Virus record (IMG/VR): IMGVR_UViG_3300025140_000014 | Coordinates: 1-33,708 of that record | Origin: a virus | Lineage: Duplodnaviria > Caudoviricetes | DNA length: 33,708 nt | Direction: 5' to 3' (one strand) | In this document: positions 1 to 9,725 of the stretch, piece by piece | Position numbering within the stretch: position 1 is the first letter of the stretch | Layout: each line of letters opens with the position of its first letter | Notes under the pieces: generated by a model | What the model was told of the DNA's origin: nothing | The model's database searches: none | What the model saw: only the letters and a program-made list of their open reading frames with translations | Position numbers and translations under genes: made by a program

Positions 1-1
1 T

Positions 2-448
2 TGTCCATATTGTAAATGATAACCCTTCTTCTTCGTCATAAGAAAGAACACAGGTATAAGGCAATTTTTCGTTCATCCAGAACCTTCCTGAATAATGGTT
101 GTCTTCAATATCCTCTGAATCCTGCCTAATATAAAGACCTTTCCCATAGTCGTCTTTACCATAAATATTGAATATTTTTTGTATGAAATCAGGCAGATCA
201 TATTTATCGAACTCCGGCGTAGAACATCTAAATAGAAAATTGCGAGCGGGTGAGTTATTAAAGCATAGTATTGACAGTTCAGTGAACAGTCCAAAAAATT
301 TATTATCAAATTCATTGTTAAAATAAACAGTCCGATCGTCAGTTGAATGAATTTTATCAATAATGAAGGAATCGTCTGGATATTTAGTTAAGTCAAATTC
401 AAGAACGTCCAGTAAATTAAGTTTTGGTTTTTTCGAAAAGAATCCCAT
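2..448 (-). CDS. Hypothetical protein, truncated by the left window edge (MGFFSKKPKLNLLDVLEFDLTKYPDD...), downstream of the repressor
   Basis: Manual translation gives an open frame from ATG at 448 to the edge (149 codons); absent from the ORF track because it has no stop in the window. Confidence 0.75.
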   Translation of the reverse strand, partial: MGFFSKKPKLNLLDVLEFDLTKYPDDSFIIDKIHSTDDRTVYFNNEFDNKFFGLFTELSILCFNNSPARNFLFRCSTPEFDKYDLPDFIQKIFNIYGKDDYGKGLYIRQDSEDIEDNHYSGRFWMNEKLPYTCVLSYDEEEGLSFTIWT

Positions 449-524
449 ATATAATAGTATTAAGTATCTGCAATAAATTCAAAAACCCAAATGCAAAAAA
501 TCCGAAGACAACTATGCACCACTC

Positions 525-959
525 TCAGGATACTTTGACGTTTTTTCCAAGTTGTGTTTCATACTCCACTATTAATTTGTCTTGTATTCCAATTGTATGT
601 TCAGCTCTTTTTACATCCCTGGTTAGTTCGTCGATTCGCTTTTCCTTCTCAATACAGTCTTTACAGCTAAAGATTTTCACCTCCGGATCATCAGTTTTTT
701 TCAATACTTCTCCTGTATTATAGGCTGGAATATCACTTTTCTTCATCTCGCCCTTACCCAATACAAGCCAATCGGTATTAAAAACAGGAAACACGACAAG
801 TATATTTGTTATCAATTCAAGGCCTGGCTGATTTTTATTATTGACTGCATTGCTTATTGCCTGCTGTCTACATCCAATCTTTTCAGCAAATTCCTTCTGT
901 GTTAGACCAGTTTGCGTAAAAACCAATTTAATCCTTTCATTGACGGGGGAAAGCTCCAT
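525..959 (-). CDS. CI-like XRE/HTH_3 prophage repressor; likely start MELSPVNER at 959
   Basis: GLTQKEFAEKIGCRQQAISNAVN HTH followed by NTDWLVLGKGEM; C-terminal coiled coil; divergent from a cro-like gene. Confidence 0.85.
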   Translation of the reverse strand: MELSPVNERIKLVFTQTGLTQKEFAEKIGCRQQAISNAVNNKNQPGLELITNILVVFPVFNTDWLVLGKGEMKKSDIPAYNTGEVLKKTDDPEVKIFSCKDCIEKEKRIDELTRDVKRAEHTIGIQDKLIVEYETQLGKNVKVS

Positions 960-977
960 AATAAGATCAATTATAAA

Positions 978-1043
978 TAACAAGTATTTGAGTATTTTAA
1001 TACAAGTATTTTTGTTATAAACCCATATACTTGTATATATTTG
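978..1043. promoter_or_regulatory. Immunity-region operators and rightward promoter
   Basis: Quasi-palindromes TAACAAGTATT (978-988), AATACAAGTATT (999-1010) and TATACTTGTATA (1026-1037); the last overlaps the Bacteroidota -7 box TATATTTG (1036-1043). Confidence 0.65.
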
Positions 1044-1085
1044 CAGTGTCTCCGGTAAATATAGCACACTTTAAAGCAATAAACA

Positions 1086-1301
1086 ATGAACGAGATTAAC
1101 ACAGAAGAAAAATTGAACCCAGCAGACTATTATCAGGGTCTGGATCATGCTGTCAAGATGCTCTTTAAGCGCGAGGTGGTAAAGCAACTTGAATGTTCCG
1201 AAAGGACATTTGCGCTTAGAATGAAGAAGGGAGATTTTCGCCCAGCAGAACTCATGATGATCCAAAGCATCATTACAAATAAATCCTTTCTCAATGTTTG
1301 A
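1086..1301 (+). CDS. Cro-like small DNA-binding protein
   Basis: 71 aa, divergent from the repressor, HTH-like VVKQLECSERTFALRM. Confidence 0.6.
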   Translation: MNEINTEEKLNPADYYQGLDHAVKMLFKREVVKQLECSERTFALRMKKGDFRPAELMMIQSIITNKSFLNV

Positions 1302-1842
1302 GATTTACACGAACAGCGAGAATAAATACCTGGTCGTTGAAGATATGTCCACAGGAGTGATGTCTCCGGTCAAAGACATGCCAATATCCTGGTTATTGAA
1401 GGTCGATAATTCTATCAAGGAAACATATCCTGAAACCTACGATCAGCTGGTCAAACTTCATGGAGGAATGAGGGCTGATGTGGCGATGCGCGTCAAACAA
1501 TTCCTTTCATGCAATTTCTCTTGTAAAGATGGAATCCCTGATATTGACGAGCACTTTAATTTTAAGATTGAGAATGTGTTTTGCCCTGCACGTTCAACAA
1601 AGGTTTGCAAATTCGGATTTTGCACTCCAAAGATCAACAGCGATTTAAGCAAATGTGAAAGGTTGGTATTAAGGCTTTTCTGTATTGGAATGAGCGAGGA
1701 GGAGATTGCTGAAAAGCTTTTCATTTCCCGTTGTACGGTCCACAATCACATTAATAACATGTACACAAAAACAGGTATCAAGGGTAAAACTACCCCTGAC
1801 AGGAAGCTTGTGGCATATGCATATTCAAAGAATTTAATATAG
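1294..1842 (+). CDS. LuxR/GerE C-terminal HTH transcriptional regulator
   Basis: LSKCERLVLRLFCIGMSEEEIAEKLFISRCTVHNHINNMYTKTG; Cys-rich linker; no receiver domain. Confidence 0.85.
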   Translation: MFEIYTNSENKYLVVEDMSTGVMSPVKDMPISWLLKVDNSIKETYPETYDQLVKLHGGMRADVAMRVKQFLSCNFSCKDGIPDIDEHFNFKIENVFCPARSTKVCKFGFCTPKINSDLSKCERLVLRLFCIGMSEEEIAEKLFISRCTVHNHINNMYTKTGIKGKTTPDRKLVAYAYSKNLI

Positions 1843-1932
1843 CGTCCCCCAAAGACACCCAAAATATTACCCACGGCGGGCAGCCGGCGTTCTTTCAATT
1901 TTAGTTCCCCTGTTGTGGTGGGAAACAACTGC

Positions 1933-1966
1933 CAAAAAAGGGCGAGATCCGGCAAGATCTCGCCCT
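1933..1966 (-). terminator. Hairpin with U-tract on the minus strand
   Basis: AGGGCGAGATC-cggcaa-GATCTCGCCCT preceded by an A6 run on the + strand. Confidence 0.45.
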
Positions 1967-2107
1967 CGGGCAATCAAAATTTTAGTTCCAGTTCAAGAAA
2001 CATCAAATATCAAAATAGCCGTTGGCCATTCACGTTTCAAATATACGAATAGAGTGGCTAAAAGGTTTCGTCGTAAACAACTATTAACATTTTAATCCAC
2101 TATCGTT

Positions 2108-2452
2108 ATGAGCATTAAAAAAACTATCAGAGAATTCTTCGACCCACGTTTCTCAACAGAAGAGGTCGAAAACTCAAAACTCAAATGCAACCTCCCATTC
2201 GAATCATCCGACATGTTTTATGATGACCTAAAGAGAGGCTACCCAACGACAATTTTAGGCGCGATCAAAACACCTGCAGGCATCCTCATGCAAGTTTCCT
2301 GGAATCAGCATGGCGAATGTACCAATCAAGGTGTAAGGCTGGAATCGTTCGACATGGTACGGCCAACCCAAAAAGAAATCGATTCAGCCAGACCTATCCT
2401 GGTATCAAGTGTTGTGATCTTTTTTGCAGGTGTCATATACGCAATCTTTTAA
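2108..2452 (+). CDS. Hypothetical protein with C-terminal transmembrane helix
   Basis: ORF in operon; hydrophobic C-terminus ILVSSVVIFFAGVIYAIF. Confidence 0.7.
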   Translation: MSIKKTIREFFDPRFSTEEVENSKLKCNLPFESSDMFYDDLKRGYPTTILGAIKTPAGILMQVSWNQHGECTNQGVRLESFDMVRPTQKEIDSARPILVSSVVIFFAGVIYAIF

Positions 2453-2463
2453 TTTTTAAACAG

Positions 2464-2838
2464 ATGGAATTGAAAATGTACGTATCCGGCAAAATTACCG
2501 GACTGGATCCCGAGGCCTGTAAACTCAAGTTTGCAGCCGTTGAAGCAAAACTCAAAATGATGGGTGTCTCCACTGTGATAAATCCGCTGAACATTGGGAT
2601 CCCTGATTCGTGGAACTGGGATGAAGCGATGGAGCTTTGCATGAGAGTGCTCAAAGAAAAAGCAACATGCATTATTCAGCTCAGGGATTGGGTTGAAAGC
2701 GAAGGTGCAATGCGGGAGTATTATTATGCAAGGAATCATGGATACCGCATTTTTGATGAAGACAACACCGAGGAGATCCAGATGCTTGTAGCCCACTCCG
2801 GTCAATGGCCAGATACTTCCAGATACGAATTCCCATGA
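2464..2838 (+). CDS. DUF4406-like (nucleoside deoxyribosyltransferase-fold) protein; start MELKMYVSG
   Basis: YVSGKITG...INP...CIIQLRDWVESEGAMREYYYA motif pattern. Confidence 0.8.
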   Translation: MELKMYVSGKITGLDPEACKLKFAAVEAKLKMMGVSTVINPLNIGIPDSWNWDEAMELCMRVLKEKATCIIQLRDWVESEGAMREYYYARNHGYRIFDEDNTEEIQMLVAHSGQWPDTSRYEFP

Positions 2839-3719
2839 ACAACAAATGGAACTCACAGGATGAACAATTCCTGAAAGATAATTACCCTCAAAAAGGATAT
2901 CTCTTTTGTGCCAAAAAACTGAACAGAGAACTCTCAACTGTAAAAGCAAGGGTTAAGCGGATGAAACTTAACCGAATCGGGTTTATAATAACCGATCAAC
3001 AGAAGGCTTTCGTAATGGAAAATTACAATTCACTAAGCATTAATGAAATATGCGATCAGGCAAAGCTGAAGCATCACCAGGTATATCAGCTTATTCGCCG
3101 GCAGGGAATTAAACTTTCTGTTTGGAATTGGTACACTTCAGAAGATGAAAAAATTATCAGGGATAATTTCACAGAAATGTCGAATGCTGAAATTGGAGCA
3201 TTAATCAATCGTTCAGCCGACTCGATACATGCCAAATTGCAATTACTGAAATTAAAACGTACTTCTAAGCAGGTAGTTAAAATCAGGATGAGGACATGCA
3301 GCAACTCGTTTTTTCCAAAAGGACACGTTCCTCACAATACAAGGTCAGACGGAGCGATAAGCCTTCGGGTTTATGAAAATGCTAAAAGTGAAAAGTATAT
3401 CCGGATATCACCTGATAATTGGATACCCCTACAGATTTTCAACTGGGAGCAGGTGAATGGTCCGATACCTGCCGGTATGATTTTAAGATGCCTGACCGAC
3501 AATAAACTGGATTGCAAACCAAATAACTGGGAACTGATAAACCGGATTGACCACATGGAGAAGTGCATCGGTCGCGACACGCTTGACGATAAGTATATAA
3601 CAAATATATTAACCCATAGAAACAGGGAGCTAAGACCAGCGATCGCCGAAATGCCGGAATTAATTGAATTAAAAAGAAGTCAAATTAAAACAAGGAGAAC
3701 AATCAATGAGCTTACTTAA
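2835..3719 (+). CDS. Phage protein with Myb/SANT-like repeats and an HNH-like domain
   Basis: WNSQDEQFLKDNY and YTSEDEKIIRDNF repeats; FPKGHVPHN...GPIPAGMIL...DCKPNNWELINR; ATGA overlap with the upstream gene. Confidence 0.7.
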   Translation: MNNKWNSQDEQFLKDNYPQKGYLFCAKKLNRELSTVKARVKRMKLNRIGFIITDQQKAFVMENYNSLSINEICDQAKLKHHQVYQLIRRQGIKLSVWNWYTSEDEKIIRDNFTEMSNAEIGALINRSADSIHAKLQLLKLKRTSKQVVKIRMRTCSNSFFPKGHVPHNTRSDGAISLRVYENAKSEKYIRISPDNWIPLQIFNWEQVNGPIPAGMILRCLTDNKLDCKPNNWELINRIDHMEKCIGRDTLDDKYITNILTHRNRELRPAIAEMPELIELKRSQIKTRRTINELT

Positions 3720-4173
3720 ACTTCAGAACTTCATCGATAGCAGCGAACAGCTTGTCTATCGCGATCAGATCGCCGTTATCCGATCGTTCGAAAATAAACG
3801 TGGTGTATATGAAATAGTTGTCGAATTAGACCATACGCCAACCATCTTCAAAAAGCAAAATGAAGAGCAGATCGACCTTTGGCTTGAGAATTTCAAGCCT
3901 GCCAGCATTGCTTCTGAAGAATACGTTGAATTAAAAGTAAACCCACCGTTTGAGAAAGCAGCACTGCCGGCAAAGTATACACCCAGGACAGAACCGGCCA
4001 TCTATACCGAAAACAAAGAAGCACTCATCAGCTTATCGAAAGCATTGCTTGAAGATATTGATAAAGTACGTAAGGATCCTACCTATGTTGCCCAGGCAAA
4101 GCAGATTTGTAACTCTGTGAATACAATCGTCAGTATTACCAAACTTCAGCTGCAGCTGCTAACAAAAGAATAG
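3706..4173 (+). CDS. Hypothetical phage protein
   Basis: Operonic ORF; C-terminal AKQICNSVNTIVSITKLQL helix seen in genes next to such HNH proteins. Confidence 0.75.
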   Translation: MSLLKLQNFIDSSEQLVYRDQIAVIRSFENKRGVYEIVVELDHTPTIFKKQNEEQIDLWLENFKPASIASEEYVELKVNPPFEKAALPAKYTPRTEPAIYTENKEALISLSKALLEDIDKVRKDPTYVAQAKQICNSVNTIVSITKLQLQLLTKE

Positions 4174-4175
4174 CC

Positions 4176-4376
4176 ATGGACGCAAACTCACAACAAAAAG
4201 TAATCGCAAAAGGACTCGTAATCCTCCGGAGCGATGATCAGCCAAATATCCGGATCAAGTTTAAAGGTCCCGGTACCAGTGAATGGAAAACCTTCGAGAA
4301 GCCATTTGTATCAAAAGCGGCACGTGACAGGAGAATGAAGGAATTACTTGAGAAAGAAAATTATATACTAGACTAA
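4176..4376 (+). CDS. Hypothetical protein
   Basis: Tightly packed ORF, 66 aa. Confidence 0.7.
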   Translation: MDANSQQKVIAKGLVILRSDDQPNIRIKFKGPGTSEWKTFEKPFVSKAARDRRMKELLEKENYILD

Positions 4377-4388
4377 TAATCAAACAAA

Positions 4389-4823
4389 ATGGAACTAAAA
4401 ACCGAAGATCAATTACAAACTCAAATTGATACATTTAATGAAATACACCCAATCAGGAGCATCGTTTATATTGAACTTGATTCGCACAAAGTAATCCAGG
4501 CTATAATAGTGAATAAAGCTTCGATTCTTAACCGACATACTGCCGTTGTATGGGTGAATGTTTTAAAAGGATGCTATTTACTTGACAGGGTTATTGAAGT
4601 ATCAACTTACACGCGAGAATCCGGATTAGAATTTACGCACGTTATAATTAACCCGATTGTAAGGGACCGTAAATACCAGGCGTTATTCTCGTTCACATTT
4701 AAACAGCTGGGGGGAAAACTGCTCGCCACAACTATTGGGGGTAACTCTGCAGGAGACTGCAAACATAAAACAGAAGAATTCTTATCTATCAAATTAAACG
4801 AATCTGAATTCACAATAAGATAA
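4389..4823 (+). CDS. Hypothetical phage protein
   Basis: Tightly packed ORF with A-rich start context. Confidence 0.7.
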   Translation: MELKTEDQLQTQIDTFNEIHPIRSIVYIELDSHKVIQAIIVNKASILNRHTAVVWVNVLKGCYLLDRVIEVSTYTRESGLEFTHVIINPIVRDRKYQALFSFTFKQLGGKLLATTIGGNSAGDCKHKTEEFLSIKLNESEFTIR

Positions 4824-4835
4824 ATCAGGATAGCC

Positions 4836-5432
4836 ATGCCATCACTAAATTTTAATAAAGAGTTTGCACCGGGTATCTTGGCCATGCTCGACAAGAACTA
4901 CGCAAAGCGGACGGGAGTAAAACCAAAGTATACCACCATCAGGGCAAAACGGAAACGGCCCATCCGGAAAGGTGATCAGCTTTACCTGTTCTCCGGACTT
5001 CGGACAACAAATTGCCAGAAGCTGGGAGAAGTCGCCTGCAGGAAAACCGAAGATATTTCTATCCGGGAATCGGCTGCAACTTTTTATGAAGTAATTGTGA
5101 ATGATGTGCAATTATCGAATGATGAAATTCAAAAGCTCGCTCAGGCCGATGGTTTCGCTTCGGGTCTCGAAATGGTCAATTGGTTTAAGAAAGCCTATGG
5201 CCTTCCTTTCGAAGACGGCCAACGGATCCACATGGCCAATACTTACGACCGGAAATACTTCTGCAACAAAAAAGTGAAAGATCATGGATTCACTCTGCAG
5301 CTGGAGACAACGCAGAAAACTATCAATGTGCACCAGGAAGATGTGGAAGCAGCCAAAACAGACCGTTATATCAATGAGCTGGCAACCAAGCATAATTATG
5401 GTGTTCAGATTATTAACCCTTTATTCAGATAA
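4836..5432 (+). CDS. ASCH/PUA-like domain protein with C-terminal extension
   Basis: LNFNKEF...KYTTIRAKRKRPIRKGDQLYLFSGLRT...LAQADGF...MVNWF. Confidence 0.7.
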   Translation: MPSLNFNKEFAPGILAMLDKNYAKRTGVKPKYTTIRAKRKRPIRKGDQLYLFSGLRTTNCQKLGEVACRKTEDISIRESAATFYEVIVNDVQLSNDEIQKLAQADGFASGLEMVNWFKKAYGLPFEDGQRIHMANTYDRKYFCNKKVKDHGFTLQLETTQKTINVHQEDVEAAKTDRYINELATKHNYGVQIINPLFR

Positions 5433-5435
5433 ACC

Positions 5436-5735
5436 ATGGAAGACTTAAAAAAAGCGCTATTCGAAATCAGAAACGCGCTTGAGATGATGGAATTTCAAAT
5501 TGAACCAAAGCAAGATGCACCCTATAAAGTTAAACTTTGGATGCCTGAATTAAAACAGGCTGTTAACCAGTTGGATGAGATTAGTAAAACCTTTCACAAG
5601 CAATACGATATCATCGAACTTCACAATATGACGCGTGATGAAATAGACTATATAGCAGATAATTACGATATAAATCGGCTAAGCGTCCCAAAGCAGACCA
5701 TTATCTACGAAATACTTGATAAACAAGCCAAATGA
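5436..5735 (+). CDS. Small protein with a Rho-termination-factor N-terminal-like (Rho_N) domain
   Basis: YDIIELHNMTRDEIDYIADNYDINRLSVPKQTIIYEILDKQA resembles the N-terminal helical bundle of Bacteroidota Rho. Confidence 0.65.
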   Translation: MEDLKKALFEIRNALEMMEFQIEPKQDAPYKVKLWMPELKQAVNQLDEISKTFHKQYDIIELHNMTRDEIDYIADNYDINRLSVPKQTIIYEILDKQAK

Positions 5736-5941
5736 AAGCAAACAAATTAACCGAAGGGGATGGGTTTAAATTAAAAGGGCAACGGAAATTCAGAACCGTA
5801 GCTAGCAGTATCGTTATTCCCGATTTGGGTGGAAGCCAGCCTAAAGAACATATCGGTAAAATGCTGATTGTCGATACGAATTGCCACCAATGGATGATAG
5901 ATCCTGAAACTGAAGTCCAGTTGTTTAATCCCTTTATCTAA
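5732..5941 (+). CDS. Hypothetical protein
   Basis: ATGA-coupled ORF. Confidence 0.65.
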   Translation: MKANKLTEGDGFKLKGQRKFRTVASSIVIPDLGGSQPKEHIGKMLIVDTNCHQWMIDPETEVQLFNPFI

Positions 5942-5951
5942 AAACCATCCC

Positions 5952-6266
5952 ATGAAAAACCTTATACACCACGGCATCCCAAAGCAGGATTATTTTGCGA
6001 TCGCAGTTCCGCCAACATGGCTTTATAAATCACTCGATGCTGAAGGCGAAGTGATCACACTGCAGGACCCGAAAACACATGATAAAACACAGGTTCAAAT
6101 CATGGATACCTGGGAATTCGAAATGAAAGATTTCGCAAGAATGAACGGATTCAGCCTGTTGACGTATGGTCTGTCTGCTGCAAAGCTGTCGCATGTTCTG
6201 AAAGCCAAATATCCTGAGATTGAACAAACCAACCAAGTACGTTTCGTTTTACTGAAAAAACTATGA
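5952..6266 (+). CDS. Hypothetical protein
   Basis: ORF coupled (ATGA) to the primase gene. Confidence 0.7.
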   Translation: MKNLIHHGIPKQDYFAIAVPPTWLYKSLDAEGEVITLQDPKTHDKTQVQIMDTWEFEMKDFARMNGFSLLTYGLSAAKLSHVLKAKYPEIEQTNQVRFVLLKKL

Positions 6267-9259
6267 TCTATATTGACGCAGATAAAATCCTTGATGCAAC
6301 GGAGCATGGTTTGACCATCTTTCAGCATTACTTCCCCGGGGTTGATTTTCGTGACACAAAGCATTTTATAAAGTGCAGGGAATCAGAAAAAACAGCATCA
6401 GCCAAAGTATCATGGTACAAGGGTTCATGGCGAATTACCGATTTTGGCAATCAGTCCGAAATGTCGGGCATGAGCGCTATTGGCTATGTTGGCTGGGCCG
6501 AGAACCTGATCTACATCGATTCGCTGCGCTTTATCCAGGAAGTGATCGTTCGGCGCGAAGTCGGAGGAAGCGATTTCAAACGGCCTTCATACAAGGCCGA
6601 ATACTCCTGGAGAGAAGTCGGACCCGAGGACAAAAAAGGTGAATACAACTTTGAATACAAGCCCAAACCCACTGAAATTGATCTTAAAAGCATTGGCCGT
6701 TATATGGAATTAGGTCATGTTGACAGGTATAATATGAAATCACTTGTGAAATATGAGATGGTTGGTTATAGTGAAAAATACAAAAAAGATATTGTCCATA
6801 TCTTCAAGTCAACAGATGACTTTCCCATCTTCCTGCTCGATGAAGGAAGCTTCAAAAAGATCTACAAACCCCACGAACTTGATAAAAAATACCGGTTCGG
6901 GTATGTAGGCACTAAACCCACCAATTACATTTTTGGCCTTAAACAGCTGCAGTCGATGGATAATGAGTTTGTAAATCCTGAAACCGGCGAGTATGAATAT
7001 AAAGGTCCTGAGTGGAAGAAACCAAAGGTAAAGGACCTGATCCGCTGCAGTGGAGAATCGGATGCGCTGAACATGGCCAGCCTTGGATTTAATGTGTACT
7101 GGCTAAACAGTGAGTCTGCAGAAGTTCCCCGGGATGTCTGGGAAACACTCGATGGTTTATGTGAACGTCATTACCAGCTTATGGATCTAGATGCAACCGG
7201 CAAGGAAATGGCCATGAAATTTGCCCACCGTCACATTGACCTGGTAACGATCCAGCTTCCGGAATGGCTAAAGTTTAAAAAAGACTGGAGAGGAAATCCC
7301 TGCAAGGATATTAAGGATTTTATCAATATCTCAGGTGTCGACCTGGAGGACACCATCAATAATTTTATCACTATTAAGGCCAGTAGTTTTCCGATGAAGT
7401 TTTGGAAGAAGTCGATTGATGATGTGAAAGGTAAAAAGGTTGTCAATTACAATATAGGGCTCGAAAACTATTACTATTTCCTTCAATCACACGGCTTTTA
7501 TGTGACTGATAGTCCGTATCACCGGAAAGCAGGATATTGCTATGCTCACATCAACGGAAAGGTTGTAGACCTGATCAATCCGGATAATATCAAAAAGATC
7601 ATCAAGCGATTTACAAAAGACTGGATCCGGAGCAAAAACCTGATCGATGGTGTGGCCATCCTCGATAAAATCAATTCGAGTAACCAGATATCAGAAAATA
7701 ACCTGCAGGAGTTAAAAGAATTGACATCACTTAATTTTATCAATCACGATAAACGAACTGAGTACCTTCATTTTAATAATGGCAGTCTAAAGATTCAAAA
7801 GGATTCGATTGAGAAGGTCAAACACCAGGATGTACCCAATTTTATCCTGGGCAAACTGGAACTGGGGACCGATATCATCAGCCATGTGATCGATAAGAAT
7901 ATCACGCTGATCAAACAGCCGGCCATCGAGGTGAAACCTACTCCGGACTATGCCTTGCTTCTCGAAAAGCAGAAGGGCGCCAAAACATCTGAAGAGCGCG
8001 AAAACTGCAATATCGAACTGGCCAACTTCCCGGAGCTCGACCGCTACGAAGTCACCATTAATGATGATAGTTTCATCTTCACAAAGTTTCTGACCGACCT
8101 TGCACACATCCACTGGCGCAAAGAGATTGAAGATCATTCGAAGCTTACCGATGCCGAAACGAAAGAACAAAACCTGTCGCTGGCCAACCTGATGTTTGTA
8201 TTGGGATATATGACCTCTCAATACAAAGATCCGGGTAAACCATGGCTTGTTTTTCTCCAGGATATGAAGATCTCGCAGATTGGCCAGTCATCCGGACGCT
8301 CCGGAAAATCGTTGCTTTGTGCAGCACTTTCGCACACCCGGCCACGCTTCTATATTGGTGCCAGGCGCAAGGACATCACCGACAAAACGGAATTCCTTTA
8401 CGATGGCTTCACGAAGTTTCACAACATCATCGAAGTGGATGACTTGTATGAGTTTGCAGACTTCAATTTCTTCTATACACAGGTCACCGGTAACCGCGAA
8501 GTGAACAGCAAACACATCTCGAAACAGATCCTTGCTTACGATACTTCAGGCAAGATGGTTGTAAGCTCGAATTTTGAGTTGCAAAATGTCGACAGCTCAA
8601 CGATCGCACGTATCCTGAACGGGGCAGCATCGGACTACTATCACGAAAAGACGAAGTTTAACGACTACAAGGAATCACGTTCACCACTCCTCAAGTTTGG
8701 CAAGTTACTGTTTGATGATTTCACAGAAGAGGAATGGATCAAGTTCTACAACTTCATGGCTTATTGTGTGCAGCTGCAGATGCGATTTTTCAAGATTCAA
8801 CCACCAATGGACAATCTGTTGAAACGTCAGTTGCGCAGACTGATGACGCGCGGAGTATCGAAAGATGAAGAGTTCTTTATCTGGGCAAACCACTATTTCG
8901 TTATACCTCCTGATCCGCGCCCTGCAGTCTGTCCGGACAATGCCGGTTATTTCAATGTGTTCTTCAAACGTGAAGCTGCATTCGAAAATTTCAAAACAAC
9001 ACTGAGCACGTCACAGTCGAGCAAATACAAATCAAACCAGTTCAAATCATCCTTGGGAGCATGGTGCGAGTACCATGGTTACACGCTGAACCCGATACAC
9101 GTCTGCACAGGTACCAATGCCAACGAAGACCGGCGCATCATCAAGAAGATCGATGATAAGGCAGTCGAATGTTTCTTTATCTCGACACTAAGCGCCCAGG
9201 CAATGGAGGAGGATGATACAATCCCAACTGGAGAGGAATTAAACGGATTACCATTTTAA
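6263..9259 (+). CDS. DNA primase-helicase (TOPRIM plus C-terminal P-loop NTPase)
   Basis: TOPRIM CSGESDAL...LMDLDATG, KDIKDF; Walker A GRSGKS; Walker B-like IIEVDD; 998 aa. Confidence 0.85.
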   Translation: MIYIDADKILDATEHGLTIFQHYFPGVDFRDTKHFIKCRESEKTASAKVSWYKGSWRITDFGNQSEMSGMSAIGYVGWAENLIYIDSLRFIQEVIVRREVGGSDFKRPSYKAEYSWREVGPEDKKGEYNFEYKPKPTEIDLKSIGRYMELGHVDRYNMKSLVKYEMVGYSEKYKKDIVHIFKSTDDFPIFLLDEGSFKKIYKPHELDKKYRFGYVGTKPTNYIFGLKQLQSMDNEFVNPETGEYEYKGPEWKKPKVKDLIRCSGESDALNMASLGFNVYWLNSESAEVPRDVWETLDGLCERHYQLMDLDATGKEMAMKFAHRHIDLVTIQLPEWLKFKKDWRGNPCKDIKDFINISGVDLEDTINNFITIKASSFPMKFWKKSIDDVKGKKVVNYNIGLENYYYFLQSHGFYVTDSPYHRKAGYCYAHINGKVVDLINPDNIKKIIKRFTKDWIRSKNLIDGVAILDKINSSNQISENNLQELKELTSLNFINHDKRTEYLHFNNGSLKIQKDSIEKVKHQDVPNFILGKLELGTDIISHVIDKNITLIKQPAIEVKPTPDYALLLEKQKGAKTSEERENCNIELANFPELDRYEVTINDDSFIFTKFLTDLAHIHWRKEIEDHSKLTDAETKEQNLSLANLMFVLGYMTSQYKDPGKPWLVFLQDMKISQIGQSSGRSGKSLLCAALSHTRPRFYIGARRKDITDKTEFLYDGFTKFHNIIEVDDLYEFADFNFFYTQVTGNREVNSKHISKQILAYDTSGKMVVSSNFELQNVDSSTIARILNGAASDYYHEKTKFNDYKESRSPLLKFGKLLFDDFTEEEWIKFYNFMAYCVQLQMRFFKIQPPMDNLLKRQLRRLMTRGVSKDEEFFIWANHYFVIPPDPRPAVCPDNAGYFNVFFKREAAFENFKTTLSTSQSSKYKSNQFKSSLGAWCEYHGYTLNPIHVCTGTNANEDRRIIKKIDDKAVECFFISTLSAQAMEEDDTIPTGEELNGLPF

Positions 9260-9281
9260 TCAATAATTAATAATTAAAAAA

Positions 9282-9725
9282 ATGAAAAACGTATTGTTTA
9301 CAAATCTCCCTGGTGTAAAATGTATTGACAGCAATTCGATAATGCTCGAAATTTTACTGCCTAAAGGATGGGAATTAACTGATTTTGATAAAACGGAAAA
9401 TTTATTTGAAATTCAGGTTTCAACAGACGGAGGTAAATTCTGGACACCTCCAGAAGAATTGTTAAGAGCCATTCCGGGAGCACAAATAGGTTTGAAAATG
9501 AAAGTTGTAAACCTGGATAAAGGGATAATGGTCGACTCGTGGCTTTCTGCTTTTATTGTCGACTTGCGTAAAAAGCGCAATTATTTACAAGCATATTTTA
9601 GACCATTTGGCAAAATAGAATCTGTTGATAATAAAACTGTCTACGCTCAGATTCAGGGAATAGTCTATGATGGCTTATTTGTACCGGACATAAGCAGTTC
9701 ATTGGAAGATGATATGCCATTTTAA
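9282..9725 (+). CDS. Hypothetical protein with SSB-like acidic tail (EDDMPF)
   Basis: 147-aa ORF; C-terminal motif. Confidence 0.7.
   Translation: MKNVLFTNLPGVKCIDSNSIMLEILLPKGWELTDFDKTENLFEIQVSTDGGKFWTPPEELLRAIPGAQIGLKMKVVNLDKGIMVDSWLSAFIVDLRKKRNYLQAYFRPFGKIESVDNKTVYAQIQGIVYDGLFVPDISSSLEDDMPF

Noticed and set aside
73-360. 95-aa minus-strand ORF in the track
   Set aside because: It overlaps, in another frame, a longer and more protein-like frame starting at 448.
6373-8893. Many short alternate-frame and antisense ORFs within the primase (and other long genes)
   Set aside because: They are shadow ORFs with no motifs or expression signals.
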